In this document: positions 11,174 through 23,840 of the stretch, in pieces
Position numbering within the stretch: the stretch's first letter is position 1
Layout: each line of letters starts with the position of its first letter
NCBI GenBank assembly: GCA_009103225.1
Contig: RHPI01002368.1
Span: 1,060,708 to 1,124,707, forward strand
Reading direction: 5' to 3'
Origin: Chlorokybus atmophyticus
Taxonomy: Eukaryota; Plantae; Mesostigma and Chlorokybus algae
DNA: 64,000 nucleotides
The notes under the pieces: generated by a model
Told to the model about the DNA's origin: nothing
Database searches by the model: none
Seen by the model: only the letters and a program-made list of their open reading frames with translations
Translations under genes and position numbers: made by a program

Positions 11174-13380
11174 ATGGCTTCCCCCAAGCCGGCATGGCCA
11201 CTGTCGTGCACGTGCGCCATGGTGCTGATGCTGTGCGCTGCGTTCCTCTTGCAACCGGCCGTCTCTGCGCCGTCCAAGGTCGGCGTCGGCCCAGGTGGCC
11301 CCCCGCCACCGGCGAAATCCCGCTACTACTCGGCGAATGTCAAGCGCAGTATTACAGCATCGGACCCCAACGCCACTGTGGTAAGCAATCAGCAACAACC
11401 TGCAGCGGTGGCCAGCGGATGCTTATGCTCACTCTGTTCCTGCGTCTGTGGCAGGTGACCGAGACAATCACGGTGCTGTTCGACTTCGGGGCCTCGTACA
11501 GCCTGTTGATCATTGTGCGCTACGACTTCGGGTCTGACCCCTCGGTGCCCGTGCCAAAGGACTTCCATACGAGCATCAAGTTCGTGTTCGACGACGCCGA
11601 GTTCCCCCTCCCAAAGCTCACCGACCAAGACGTCTTGTTCGTGGAGGGCAGCACGCCCAACATCATCGCCTACGCTCTCCTCTACGACCTCCCCGACGTG
11701 AGTGCCGGCCCTAACACATGCGCATATATAAGCGGCCCATGCATGTACGTGTTGTGCCAGCGCGCGTGCAAAGTCTGAGTGTGTGTTCACGTCTCAGGTG
11801 AAGACGGCAGCGAGCAAGGGGGGAGCCCGTAAGCTGCTTGCCGCGTTGGATTCAGTGCCTGCTCCAGCCCCCGCCGCCACAGAAGAGTACTACACGTTTC
11901 TGACAGGCGTGGAGAAGGAGGCGTACGACTATGCCCTGTACACCCCCGGGTACAGCCCGCTGGCGGCCAAGTTCCTCACCAACTACTTCAATGTGACCCT
12001 GGCCAAGGACGCAAGCTCGCAGACGGCGTCCGCATCTGCCGCGACGGTGGAGGACCACACTACCAACAGGAAAAAGGGGAACAAGGGCAAGACTACTCCA
12101 AAGCCCCCGCCCAAGCAGAACCCCCCTCCCACACCCCCCCAAAAGAAGAATCCCCCACCATCCCCGCCTGACAGCTCCGGCGGATGGTTTTCAAACTTCT
12201 TGAATAAATTTCACTTTCATTATCACTACGGTTACAGTTTCGAATTTGGCGGAGGTGCGTACATCCACCTTTATGCTATCGGGGAATGCATGCACTGCTC
12301 ACCATCTAGGTACACATGTGAGCATCATGTTGTGTTTGCATTGCAGCCGGCTCTGGCAAGAAAGACCCGCACTTTGTGGGTTTCCACGGCCAAGTCTTCA
12401 ACTTCCAAGGCACCAACAATGGCGCATCTGGTTGCGACTACGTGCTCGTCTTTGATCTGCAGACCAACCTGGCCGTAGTGGCGCACTTCTCCGAGCGCGA
12501 CCTCTACCGCGGTGGACGGACCAACGAATTCCGCACGTACATGACCGCGATGGCGGTGCACGCGCCTGGTGTCGACCTGGTTGTTGCACACGACAATATC
12601 GTGGGCTCCCGCAACGAAAGCAGCCAGGGCCTTGTGGTGACCTCACGCGACGGTCATGTGCTGGCGGGTATTGACGCGTGCGCCAATGACGCCTGCGTTG
12701 TATTCCGACGCCAGGTAGGCCATGCAGCAGTTGGGCCTAGGTGGGGCGAAGCAGCTCACGCTCACGCTCATGCTGTCTCTTGGGCAGGGTGATCTGATCA
12801 CGGCGGTCACGATAAAGACGGAGGTCGCGGAGGTGGTGGTGTACGCCAACTTCTACGGGCTGGACTTGGACATCCCCTTCATCCAGGCGTCGCCGGAGAT
12901 CGATGGCGTTCTGGGCCAGACCGCACGCGAGGGCGGCGGGATGGTTGGTGATGGCGAAAACGGTGCCGGCGTCATCCGAGGCTCGCCCAGCGACTATGGT
13001 GAGTGTACACGTAGTTTCCACTATCAGCTCGAGCTTTGTTGTCACTGACAGTACTGTATGCTGCGGTTGGCAGAGGTGCAGGGCCTGTTTGACTACGACA
13101 CCTTTGCCGCGCGCAAGGTAGCTGACCGCAACGCAGCTGCGCTCGGCGACAGTGATGCTGGTGCCTGGGGTGATGATGATGACATCGCTGGCATTGACCG
13201 TCGCAGTATGATGGAAATCAAGCCTGTGGCCCTGCGTGCCTCAGCAGGTGCGCGTGTGCACGTGCAAGTGTGTGAGAATGACATGTGTGTCAGTGGATGT
13301 CTACACGTGCGATGGTGGTGCAGGCGAGTCAGTCAACTGACTACTGCTGTTGCTGCGCAGGATACGCTACTGGTGAGTGA
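11174..13380 (+). CDS. Secreted proline-rich Root-cap/LEA-related (VWD-like) cell-surface protein; exons approx. 11174-11380, 11455-11697, 11798-12254, 12347-12714, 12788-12998, 13074-13247, 13361-13380
   Basis: Hydrophobic signal peptide and PPPP/KPPPK tract. KDPHFVGFHGQVFNFQG (GDPHF-type motif) and IDGVLGQT...DY.V..LF match the plant Root_cap/LEA-related family. GT-AG introns keep the frame open throughout; the last exon is uncertain. Confidence 0.82.
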
Positions 13381-15149
13381 GAGTGGCGGGAGGAGGATAG
13401 AGTACCGCTCAGTGTGCACCTGTGGTGTATTTGACGTAGGTGAATAAGCTGATAATCGGCACCTTCTAGACCCCGTAGACCCGACCCAAGAAAGTAGACA
13501 AGAGCGAGCAGTATTGCTACACCCAAGTTACTTTGCAACAAACTGGTTGGACTTAGGCGAGACATATGCATGCCGGTCCCTAATATAAGATTTGGGTGAT
13601 GATTCCAGCTATTCTAGATACGCATCAGATGCAGGATGTGTTGCTGATACTGCATGCAGAGTAAGCTCAACGTTGTCCTTGTCTTTGCTGGCCTCAAGGT
13701 GCTTCACTGGCAGTAATATGCCATGTGCATGTGGTGACACTGTGCATGGCAAGCTTTAACTTTGTCTTCGTGTTGGCTGGTGCCTTCTTCCATGCATGTA
13801 TTAGCAGACATTGCTCGCTCATGTGTAACTGCTCAAACCACCCTTCGTGACAAGTGTCTTTGCCAGCCATTCCCACGCTGTTGACATTCTTATTCTAGGA
13901 GTTAAGGTCGTGCTAATAATGCTGCACATTTTTAAAGCAAAAGCTACCGACTGCAGGTTGCTGCAGTAAACATCCTACCCAGCAAATTGGGCTGCGATCT
14001 ACACATACACATGCATGCGCTGCATACACACAGGGACTACCTGTGTGAAGGGATAATGCCTTTCACAACACATGTATACAGGTATGGGCGATGCACTTGT
14101 TGAACATACCTACAGACATCCTCAAAGGACGCACATTGTCAACGCGACTGTGCAAATTTACATCACAGCATACTCACCGACATTCATACTTATCACAAAC
14201 TCGCATGCATGCACGCTCGGCAAGCACAGCAGGCACATGCGAACGCGTGCGCGCAGCAGCTTCACATACTCGCCTTGAGTCACTACTCTCAGTACAAGAG
14301 TACAGCGACTGTTTACTTGGACTGCCATGCGCATCCACACAATCTTAGGAACACAGTGTTTGCAAGTAGGCACAGTCTCTTGTTAGAGATCAACATACGC
14401 ATACATACATGCATGTCAGCAAGTTAGCAATCCCTGTCCTAATGTATAGATCATACGCACAGTTCATGTCCGAACTTGCTGCTTTAACTGCCGTCGCTTG
14501 CATGCTCATCTATTTGTTGTGACGCCCCACCCCAACCATTGTGAGCAGCATGGCTAGCTGCTGCATAACTGTCTGTCTCGACTGCATTGCAGCGCATGAC
14601 GTTGATGGTGAGATCTACAGAGCTTCGCCTCAGCAATGGCAGTGGCTTAGATGCTGTCTCTAGCGCTTCTGGCTGCATGCGCCTCCGCCCTCACCGTGAA
14701 GGACTTGTCACGCAAGCGGTCCAGAAGGGGCAACCTTCTCTTTGATGCTTACAGTCAGGCACCATTCCCGCGCTACCAGCATCAGGAGGCATTCCACTCA
14801 GCTATGCCTACAGCCAGGCATCGACCCCGGCTATTAGCATGGGTCTCGCGCGACACTGAGCAGTTGTGAGTCAATCCTAGTAGGTACCTAGTACAAGTCA
14901 TAGCCCGTACTAGCTGATCCGTTGTGAGTTTGACCTAGGCCTTGTTTAGGTCATTGCGTAAACTAGCCGTCGGCTTTAAACTGCACAGTTGTCACTTACG
15001 TGTAGAGGCTTACTACTTAGCCTCTGTACACTTTATTTATTTTCTTTAACCTAAACAAGAGAAATGTATCAAGAAGAAACATGTACGAGTTGGAGGCAAC
15101 AAAAGGGCTAATACATGCTAATCAACAGAGAACACATCACGAACACTAG

Positions 15150-17800
15150 TATCTAGTGCATGCCAGTGTATCCGAGGAAGAGGAGAAGCGCAAGCTGTAG
15201 AGCAGAGGATAGAGCGGCGAGCCCACAAGTCCGTGAAGGCTGTGAAGCGAGCAAGTCAAATGTCTTCCAGCGGCGAGGACGTGACTAGAAGCCACTCCTC
15301 CTTGGCCCGAACTTGAACACTGGAAGCGAGAGAGCACACAATGACAGTCGAGGAGGGGGAGGAACCTGAGTACATCATCGAACGCCTGGCCACCCAGATG
15401 TGCCAGAGAGTCAATGCGCAAAGAGTCGACCACATTGGACAGAGCTGTGTGTGAGAACTAGGAAACGAAGCGTGAAACATGAGCTAGGAAAAGGAGAGGG
15501 GAAAAGGGGAGCCGCCAAGGCGTCTCCATAGAGCAGGGACCCAAGCCCAGACTGCACGAACCAGCGAGCAGCAAAGGAAGAGGTGCTCGAGAGTTTCAAG
15601 ACATTGCAGAGAGCATGACATACACTCCCTAAAAAAGTTCATCTTGGCGCGCCTGTCACCTGTGTGCATAACACTCAGCGGCAAGGATGAAAAGAGAGGG
15701 AGCCAATGGACAGCCCTGTCTCACACTGCGGTGCAGAGCGAAGGGAGAAGACAAGTGGCCGTTCACTAGCACCGAGCTCCAGCTCCCCCCATTCATCGTG
15801 CGTACCCATTGCCGAAAGGTCGGGCCGAAGCCCAAATGCGAGAGCGCGCCGTCTAGAAAGTGCCCGTCTAACCGGTCAGATGCCTTCCCAAAGTCTAGCA
15901 GGAGAGGAGCACCGTGCTGCCCTGTGTGCGCACGCTGCACACACAGGGCAGCGTATAGCGTCCAGGGCCACTAGCACATTGTCCAGGATGTACCTGTGGC
16001 GTACAAAGCCTGCCTGCAACGGGTGGACTGCCGTAGGAAGCACAGGCGCCACGCGAACTGCTAGGGCTTTGGCCAGAATCTTGTAGTGGGTGGGCAGCAG
16101 CGTGATGGGCCGCCAGTTGCGAAGGTCAGACTGTTCTCTCCTTTCTTGTGCAACATGAGGATGACCCCCTCGCGCTGACCTTCACCCAACTGCCCTTCCG
16201 CTAGAACATGTTGAGTAAAGAGAATATTCCTCCCGTAACAGCGGCCATGCAGTCTGCCAGAACGCCGTGGTGAGGCCGTCCTTGCCTGGGGCTTTGTGCG
16301 GGGGCATGCTCTGTAGTGCAGCGTGCAACTCAAGCAGTGTCAGTGGAGACTCCAAGACCTGAGCTTGTTGAGCGGAGACCTTCCTATTCAATGCCTGCCA
16401 ACACTGTCGGGCTGCAGCTGCCTTTGCTGCTGGCGGGGAGGGCGAGGAGGTGTATAGCTTGTGATAGAGCTGCTGAGACCTCGTCCAACATACCACTAAT
16501 GCTGGTCACCGGTGTTGGCAAGGTCTTATGGGCATGAGTGACAAAATGAAGCACGTGCGCATGAGTGTGAAAACGGCCTTGGGAAAGAAGAAGGAGGTCA
16601 TCCGCTCCCCTTCAAGACGTCAGCGGGCGCTTGAGCGTATGGCAGCACCTTTTTGCAGCACCCGAGAGAGTGCACCTAGATTAGTCAGCAGACGGGAGTG
16701 CTCTAGTTGAATGGCTGTGTCTCCAGGACTAGCAGACAACGCCGCATCACATCTGCCCAGCTGGTCCTGCAGATGATGTAGCTGCCTGTTGTGTTGTTGC
16801 CGTACAGTGTGCCAGTGCTTCCGCGCCATCATGGCAACCTTCGCAAGCCCAGCTTCAAACCATCGTATGTAGGCCTGCCTGGAGTGCGGAGAGGTAAGCC
16901 GGTGCAGCTGCCACAGACTTTCCAACTCTGCCATAAAAGAAGAACGCTTGAGAAGAGCGGGGTTGAGCTTCCACAAGCCCGGGCCCTGGTCCACATCCAA
17001 GCCAGAGCGTATAGATAAATGCACTGGCTTATGGTCAGACAGCCACTCCTCCTGCAGGATTGAGGAGCTGTCAAAGAAAGTACTGAGAGTGGCGGAAGCA
17101 TAAAACCGATCAAGGCGCGCAAGCCTGCGGCCTGTCCTCACGCCTGTTGTCTCAAGTGAAGGCGCGAGTGCCAGAGTTGCAGCTGCGCCACACATGCAAG
17201 GCCATCTCCCCCACCATTGCATGAAGACCACCTGCGTCTTCCATGCTAGAGAGTCTACCATGGCGAGAGCGATCCTCATCCACATCCTCCACACAGTTCC
17301 AGTCACCACCCAGCAAGTACCAATCCGTGTGAGGGAGGAGAGAGGGGAGTGTAGAGAAGAAAGCGTCTCTGGCCTCTCGCGTGTCCAAGGGTGCGTACAC
17401 ACTGGCGAGGAGAAGGACTCCACCAAACCAACGAACACGCACCCAACAGCATCTAGCAGGGACGGCCACGCCTGTGTCGATGATATAGTTATGCCAAGCT
17501 GGTGGGCACAGGATTGCCACCCCCCCGCGTGTGCCTTCCGCAGGGCCCACACACTCGTGCCCCGCCAACAACATTTCGCCGTCCATTGGGCAGCTGGTGA
17601 CGTTCCTAGTTTGGTCTCTTGCAACAGAAGGACTCCATCCTTCGACAAAGACCATGAGCGAAAGCGGGTGATTGCCGATATGCGACGCCGACCATGCGAA
17701 GATGCACCTGCCAAGCTTGACTGATTGCCGTTCCTGCCTTGAACATTCCACGTCCACACGGAGAACGTGGACGTGAGACTTGAAGACGCTTGCATCAGTC
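15150..17800 (-). pseudogene. LINE ORF2: APE endonuclease, partial reverse transcriptase, zf-RVT; frameshifted and internally deleted
   Basis: TWNVQG, LLLQETK, GGDWNC, RLDRFY and LSDHKPV (APE); PGKDGL, DFGKASD and RQGCPLAPSLF (RT); then an abrupt jump to CLETLEHLFLCC. No YADD segment found. Confidence 0.88.
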
Positions 17801-20800
17801 AAGGCCCAACACCCGCTCCCAAGAGTATGGCGCGCCTTGAGGAGGGGTTCCGCCAGCCAAAGGCCATGACGGACATGATGAAGGGTGCTGAGCGGAGGTG
17901 TTGGCGGTGACGTGAGAAGCGTGCTCTAACACCTCCAGCACCTGTGCCTCAACGAGGTCGTGGCTGCTTCCCACAACACCCTCAACAAGGAGTGGATCAA
18001 CCCACAGCACATCCTCCGCGCCTGAGGTGGGGGGGGGGGACATTACTTCCTCGTCGTGCCACAACCATGTGTGAACATGGTATGACATGCCGTCTGCAGC
18101 CATGTGCATGAATGAGAGCTCCGGGCTTGGAGTAAAATGTGCAGACTCCGGGACGCCCAGCATGGCCGAAGCCAGCCCCCGCGCCTGCCTATCATGGTCG
18201 GAGGGAGAGGGGTCCGCTGGCAAGGTAGCCGGGATGGTTAGCTTGTCGCCGTTCTGGCGAACCAGACCCAGCCACCAGCACTGGGCCGCATACTTGTACA
18301 CCAGGACTGCCAGAGCATGCGGGTGGGGTGCAAGTCTCTCCGAAGGGGTGGTGGTGATTGCGGGGAGAGGGGGGTGTGACGGGAAGAGCTGCAATTTTCT
18401 TCTTACCGACGGGGGGCCTCCCGGAAGGGTGTGATGGGATGGGGGAGGGAGGCGGGGAACGGAGGAGCTGTCCATTTGGGATGGGGAGGCGGACATTGCG
18501 GGGTGGTGTGGGCGAGGAGTAGTGTAGGGAGACTCCGAGAAGTCCGTGTGTGAGGAGGAGGGGTGAGACGGTGATGATAGCGGAGTGCGTGCATGTTGCT
18601 CCCACCATGTGCGCATCGCGGAGGCTATCATCAAGGGTGTGATGCGAGGCTTGCCGTGCTTGCTGAGTTTGGGGCGGGCCTGGGCTTGCCACTCCGACAA
18701 GGACACCCATTGCTGCTGCGCCGTTGCTTAGTGGCATGCCTCGGCAGGAAGAAGCAGTGGGCAAAGAACGAATAGGCATGGATGCAATGGCGTGCCCCCC
18801 GCGAGTGGGCTTGAGTTTGAGACAGACGACTCAAGCTCAGCGTCCTCCCTGGTGGCGTCTAGTGACACACCGGCCTGCTCCAGCGTTGCCCGCAGTATGG
18901 AGCAACAATGTTGCATGCCGTCAGCCTCACCCTGCGCAGAGGGGAGGAGGTTGCCAAAATGCAGCCCCGTGCTGCGTTGTGTTGTGTCCGTGAGAAGTAG
19001 GGACAAGCAGTCAGAGGAGTCCCCTGCGTTGGCAAGCCCCACGGGGACAATAAACGCCGTCTCCCATGCTGAAGAAGAAGGCTTGAAACCCGCATCCTGA
19101 AGCAGTTCTCCCAACCAGAGACGCTGTTGGGGATGGCGATCAGCCTGGGTTGTGCGAGCAGCTTGCACTGGCTGGTCGTAGGGGACCATCCCACCAGCAG
19201 GCGGGGCTGGCGGGAGGCCATCCTCCTCATCCTGATCGTCACACCACAGCTTTGAGGGTGACGGATACGGAGCCACACGCGGGGAGGGTGCTCTGCGCGC
19301 AGCGGCGGAAGCTTCGTCTCCAGCCAACCTTCCAGCGTTTGCTGCTGGGTTGGGCCATCAGCAGTCATGCGAGGCAGCTGCTGAAGGTCGAGAGCAAGGT
19401 CTGCGCACGAAGCGCTGGCAGAGGGTGTGGGTGGGGTGGGGTGGGGAGACGAGGGGGGGGCCTGCGCAGCTGCCTCGCATGACTGCTGATGGCCCAACCC
19501 AGCAGCAAACGCTGGAAGGTTGGCTGGAGACGAAGCTTCCGCCGCTGCGCGCAGAGCACCCTCCCCGCGTGTGGCTCCGTATCCGTCACCCTCAAAGCTG
19601 TGGTGTGACGATCAGGATGAGGAGGATGGCCTCCCGCCAGCCCCGCCTGCTGGTGGGATGGTCCCCTACGACCAGCCAGTGCAAGCTGCTCGCACAACCC
19701 AGGCTGATCGCCATCCCCAACAGCGTCTCTGGTTGGGAGAACTGCTTCAGGATGCGGGTTTCAAGCCTTCTTCTTCAGCATGGGAGACGGCGTTTATTGT
19801 CCCCGTGGGGCTTGCCAACGCAGGGGACTCCTCTGACTGCTTGTCCCTACTTCTCACGGACACAACACAACGCAGCACGGGGCTGCATTTTGGCAACCTC
19901 CTCCCCTCTGCGCAGGGTGAGGCTGACGGCATGCAACATTGTTGCTCCATACTGCGGGCAACGCTGGAGCAGGCCGGTGTGTCACTAGACGCCACCAGGG
20001 AGGACGCTGAGCTTGAGTCGTCTGTCTCAAACTCAAGCCCACTCGCGGGGGGCACGCCATTGCATCCATGCCTATTCGTTCTTTGCCCACTGCTTCTTCC
20101 TGCCGAGGCATGCCACTAAGCAACGGCGCAGCAGCAATGGGTGTCCTTGTCGGAGTGGCAAGCCCAGGCCCGCCCCAAACTCAGCAAGCACGGCAAGCCT
20201 CGCATCACACCCTTGATGATAGCCTCCGCGATGCGCACATGGTGGGAGCAACATGCACGCACTCCGCTATCATCACCGTCTCACCCCTCCTCCTCNGCTT
20301 GCAGCGGAAGCAGGTGGGAGGTGTCTGGGGGTTGATGATGCGCACCTCCGTGAGGTGCTCCACTCCTCCTGACACGGACTTGATGAGCACGGAAGGGGGG
20401 AGCACTGCCTTGCGTTTGAAGCTAAAGCGCGTAGATGGTGTGGTGAATGAGCGGGGAGCGGAGGCGGCTGAGCGGAGGGGATCGCCAAGCTGACCATACG
20501 GAGAAAGGACTTGAGAGAGAGAGAAAAGGACTTGACGATGCGCTCCCTGGAAGGAGACCCAGAAGTTGTTGTCGTCACCGCCCTCTCTCCAACGAAGCAC
20601 CGTGACTGGCTTGCCCAACAGCGTGGGCAAGCGACGTTGCTCTGCAAGGGCAAGGACGTGCTTTGTGCCGAATGCCGTGTGAAAGAGTGCTTGGATTCCC
20701 CCCGCCCGTGTGTAGTGCACTGAGGCAATCAGTGGGGCAGCCGGGTGGCGTGCACTCAAAGCTTCTATCCATGTCAAGCGTGACTCTAATGTCTGAGACT

Positions 20801-21227
20801 CAGTGTATCTGAATCTAAACACTAGTGCTCGCTGCTCTAAGACTGACTGCCACCGCTCACACGCACGCTCATTTAGTGAGATAGCATATGCGGATGTGGT
20901 GGTGAGGGTGCTAGCAATGATGCCCGGAGCGTGTGCAAGATCAGCCATCAACTTAGCTGTGAGAGTGGGACTCCCTGAGAGAGTCCCCTCGATGCCGTTG
21001 AGAGAATGAAGGGGTGGCTGCCGAGGGGCGCCTGCCACCGCATCCGCCCATGTAGCGGGCTTGAGCACGGGCTCGTCCAGAACTGGAATACCAGGAGACG
21101 CTTCTGGTCGCCGATGAACGACGCCTCCGAGGGGAGGGAAATCCTCCATAGGTAGCAGAGGAGTCAGGGAGACCTGCCCCCGATCACCAGCATCCACCAT
21201 GGCTATGGTCTCCGCGTAGTGCAGCAT
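17795..21227 (-). pseudogene. LINE ORF1 (gag-like, zinc knuckle) with a long C-terminal extension
   Basis: ORF 20205-21227 ends IINPQTPPTCFRCK at the N gap. Minus-strand ORFs 18728-19327 and 17795-18706 lead directly into ORF2. Confidence 0.6.
18552..20295. repeat. 830-bp apparently identical inverted repeat (18552-19381 / 19466-20295) ending at an N
   Basis: Identical ORF translations on opposite strands; the right arm ends exactly at the n at 20296. Confidence 0.93.
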
Positions 21228-21373
21228 TTAGGAGCTGCACCAGAAACAGTCAGCTGCGTTGACCAGCTGCTGCAGCGCAGCGGGCAAACTACCGCCGGAT
21301 CAGACGGGGCTGGAGAGCCCCCCGGCCCAGGGGTAAGGGACCAGCCTTAACCCCCCCCCCACCCCCCCATTCN

Positions 21374-21456
<83 letters not shown>
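21374..21456. repeat. (CA)n microsatellite next to an assembly gap
   Basis: Direct read; n at 21373. Confidence 0.97.
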
Positions 21457-21458
<2 letters not shown>

Positions 21459-21884
21459 CTTCCGTCACCCCCTCCGCCGCCAAGGACGTCCCCTCCTTGC
21501 CGCCGCCGCCCCACCCAGTACGTTCCTCGCAACCACATATTCGCCTCTGTACGTTGATGACATTGTATGTGAGAACTTGGGAATTGAGTAATGAGAAAGC
21601 ACGGACGTTGATCTTTGGATTGATCTGAACTTGCTCTCTAAAGGTTGTGGCTTCATTAAACTGCATCCCCTCGCCGCCCCGGTTGCCAAAACACATTTAC
21701 ACATGAACGAGTCCAGTGTACACACACGTGCATTGCTTGTCATGTGATTGTGGTTGCGTGGATGCACGTTGTGTGGTCCGCATTAGAGTGTGGTATCTAC
21801 ATGTTGCCCCATTCATACACCTCACTTAACAGTGAAATTATCTTGACCTCATGCAAGGAATTGTATAAGCAGCACTACCTCTAG

Positions 21885-22700
21885 TAGTGGCTTGTTAACT
21901 TACAGTATCATCCTCCTTACACAAGTGAGTGTCGTGCATCAGTATTGCTTGCATACTTGCAGTGACATTGGTTGCATCAGTGTTGTGTTATCACTGTCAG
22001 CATATAGGGTAGTTATACGCACTAGTGTGTTGAGTGGCAGCATTGGGGGAGTTGCAGTGGAGCACACTCTACCTTGCATCCTCCTGCGCTCACCGTGCTA
22101 CTTGCATGAGTGAGTCTCGGGCTTTATAGAGACCAATCGTCATCACCGTCTTCCCCTGTTATGGAAGAGAACGCTAGCGACTTCTCCAACTGGTTGGGCT
22201 CAAACCTTTCTTATGGAAGATACGGTGCAGAAGAGAACGACAACAACACCAACAGTCCCCACTCCTCACCAGCACACAATCTAAGACATACTACTTCCCA
22301 TCATCGACTTGAAGACTTCGTCGACCATCTCGACAGTGACGATATGGAGTCGACATGCTCCACCATAATCTCACCTTCTCCGGACGTCCGAGCAAAACAC
22401 CGACGAATGGATCACCAAGTCCGACTCCAAGATGTGCTACCATAAAATTAAGACCCCCCACTGGTCAGATAGGATGTCCTTTCGCATGGCTGCACAGTGC
22501 TTGGATCATGAGACACATGAGGTGTGGAGGTGAGTGGCTGCACATCATGAAGTTGAAGGGTACGGAGTTCTGGCTGGCACCGGAGTTGTGCTTGTTGTTG
22601 CATCAACCCCTGTCACTCCCATTGCTTCAGCTGCTCCACTGGCAGACCCTACCCTTACGGCCCTGGCTGCAGCGCAGTTGACAGCTGAGGCAGACATATC
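21885..22700 (+). mobile_element. Orphan gag-like element copy 2, diverged 5' fragment
   Basis: Leader GTGGCTTGTTAACTTACAGT...GCACTAGTGTG matches 2730-2920. WSDRMSFRMAAQCLDHETHEVW aligns with WSEAIFFHIVAQYVDHEARDVW of ORF 3161-3601. Confidence 0.7.
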
Positions 22701-22916
22701 AACACACCAGTTGATCATGCACTGGTTGGTCGTGAGTTGGCAGCAGCGCAGCGAGCACGTCAATCCCAGGTACAACTGCTGGCATTCAGGCTGATGGCGG
22801 AGCAATAAACGGCGTTGGAAGCAGCTCAAGCATGACATCGAGCCGCTGTGCTTGCGACTCTTATACAGACTCCAGTTCTTCTGGCGGCGGCGGCGCTCGG
22901 CGACGGCGATGGCAGG

Positions 22917-23840
22917 TGTAACGATGCTCGTGCTCACATATGCAGCACACAAATCATACAACACAAGTGTGCAGCTGAGCACAATCTTCACACAGGAACC
23001 TTGCCTTCTCCCTAGCACGCACGCACGCGTTGAGCACACACGCGCACACAAACACTACTACCTCCCACTCCAAGCAAGAACGCAGCAGCATGCCTTAGAT
23101 CACGCCTCTCTCAAGCATACACCAGCACACTCGCAGCAAAGAGCGACAAGCAAAAGTTGGTATTACACAATGTTAAAAATACTCCTACATCCAGGCGGAC
23201 GGTCAGCTTGCCCTCTGAATAGGAATGGCCGCGAGAAGGCTCTAGGCGAGGACTCAAGTCGAAAGTTCCAGGCGCGTGAAGGTTCCAGGCGCGGACTCGA
23301 GTCCGGAGTCTGGCGACTTCCAGGCCTGCACGAGAATCGTTATAACTCGGTGGTTACTGCACCGATTTGGGCGTTCTAGAGCTCAGTAGATAGCCCTTGG
23401 AAGTAGCTACAAGATGCTTCTTAGAACGCAGCACTCAGATAAGTGTAGCGAACGTGGTGGCTTCTAGAGTAGACAGGTGTATTCCTGGCGGGTATAAAAC
23501 CCGCGGACATGATGGCAATAGATGGTCTTAGGTTTGTTATTGCAGCCTCTTGGCGTTGGTGTTGGGTGGCGTGCACACATGTGCATGTGTAGGTTTGTCA
23601 ACGCATCTCAACACACAAGGGTTTCCTTTCCTTTTATACCAGCACAAGGATATAGCAGCCTAAATAGCAAGCATAAATTTACTACAAAACTCAATTCAAA
23701 GGACTCTTATAAGGACAGGTTGCTGCCACTCGCATCATTGTCCTTTTGGCGGCATCTGGCACTGCACAGCGCGGCATCTATTCAGGTGTGATGTCACATT
23801 ATGGCAGTGCCATGGCAGTCACGTCGCCAACTTGGCAGTT
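22917..23840 (-). mobile_element. Diverged gypsy LTR related to the 26143-26785 LTR, interrupted by a copia solo LTR
   Basis: Starts TGTAACGATGCTCGTGCTCACATA, the reverse complement of the gypsy LTR 3' end. Similarity resumes after 23618. No TSD found. Confidence 0.8.
23171..23613 (+). mobile_element. Solo copia LTR (family B), TSD CACAA
   Basis: TGTT...CAACA flanked by CACAA at 23166-23170 and 23614-23618; matches the LTR at 2315-2719. Confidence 0.93.

Larger units (their letters stand above)
15032..21350 (-). mobile_element. L1/Tx1-clade non-LTR retrotransposon (LINE), decayed, with an assembly gap in ORF1
   Basis: A-rich 3' tail (AAAGAAAATAAATAAA on minus at 15032-15047), ORF2 with APE and RT, and an upstream ORF1 with a CFRCK knuckle start. 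Confidence 0.88.

Noticed and set aside
14651-14869. Short ORF with a signal-peptide-like start (MLSLALLAACASAL)
   Set aside because: No recognisable domain, splice structure or paralog in the window.
18552-20295. 830-bp palindrome as a biological foldback or hairpin-RNA locus
   Set aside because: The arms appear identical and one ends exactly at an N gap inside LINE ORF1; most likely an assembly or chimeric-read artefact. Long reads would decide.
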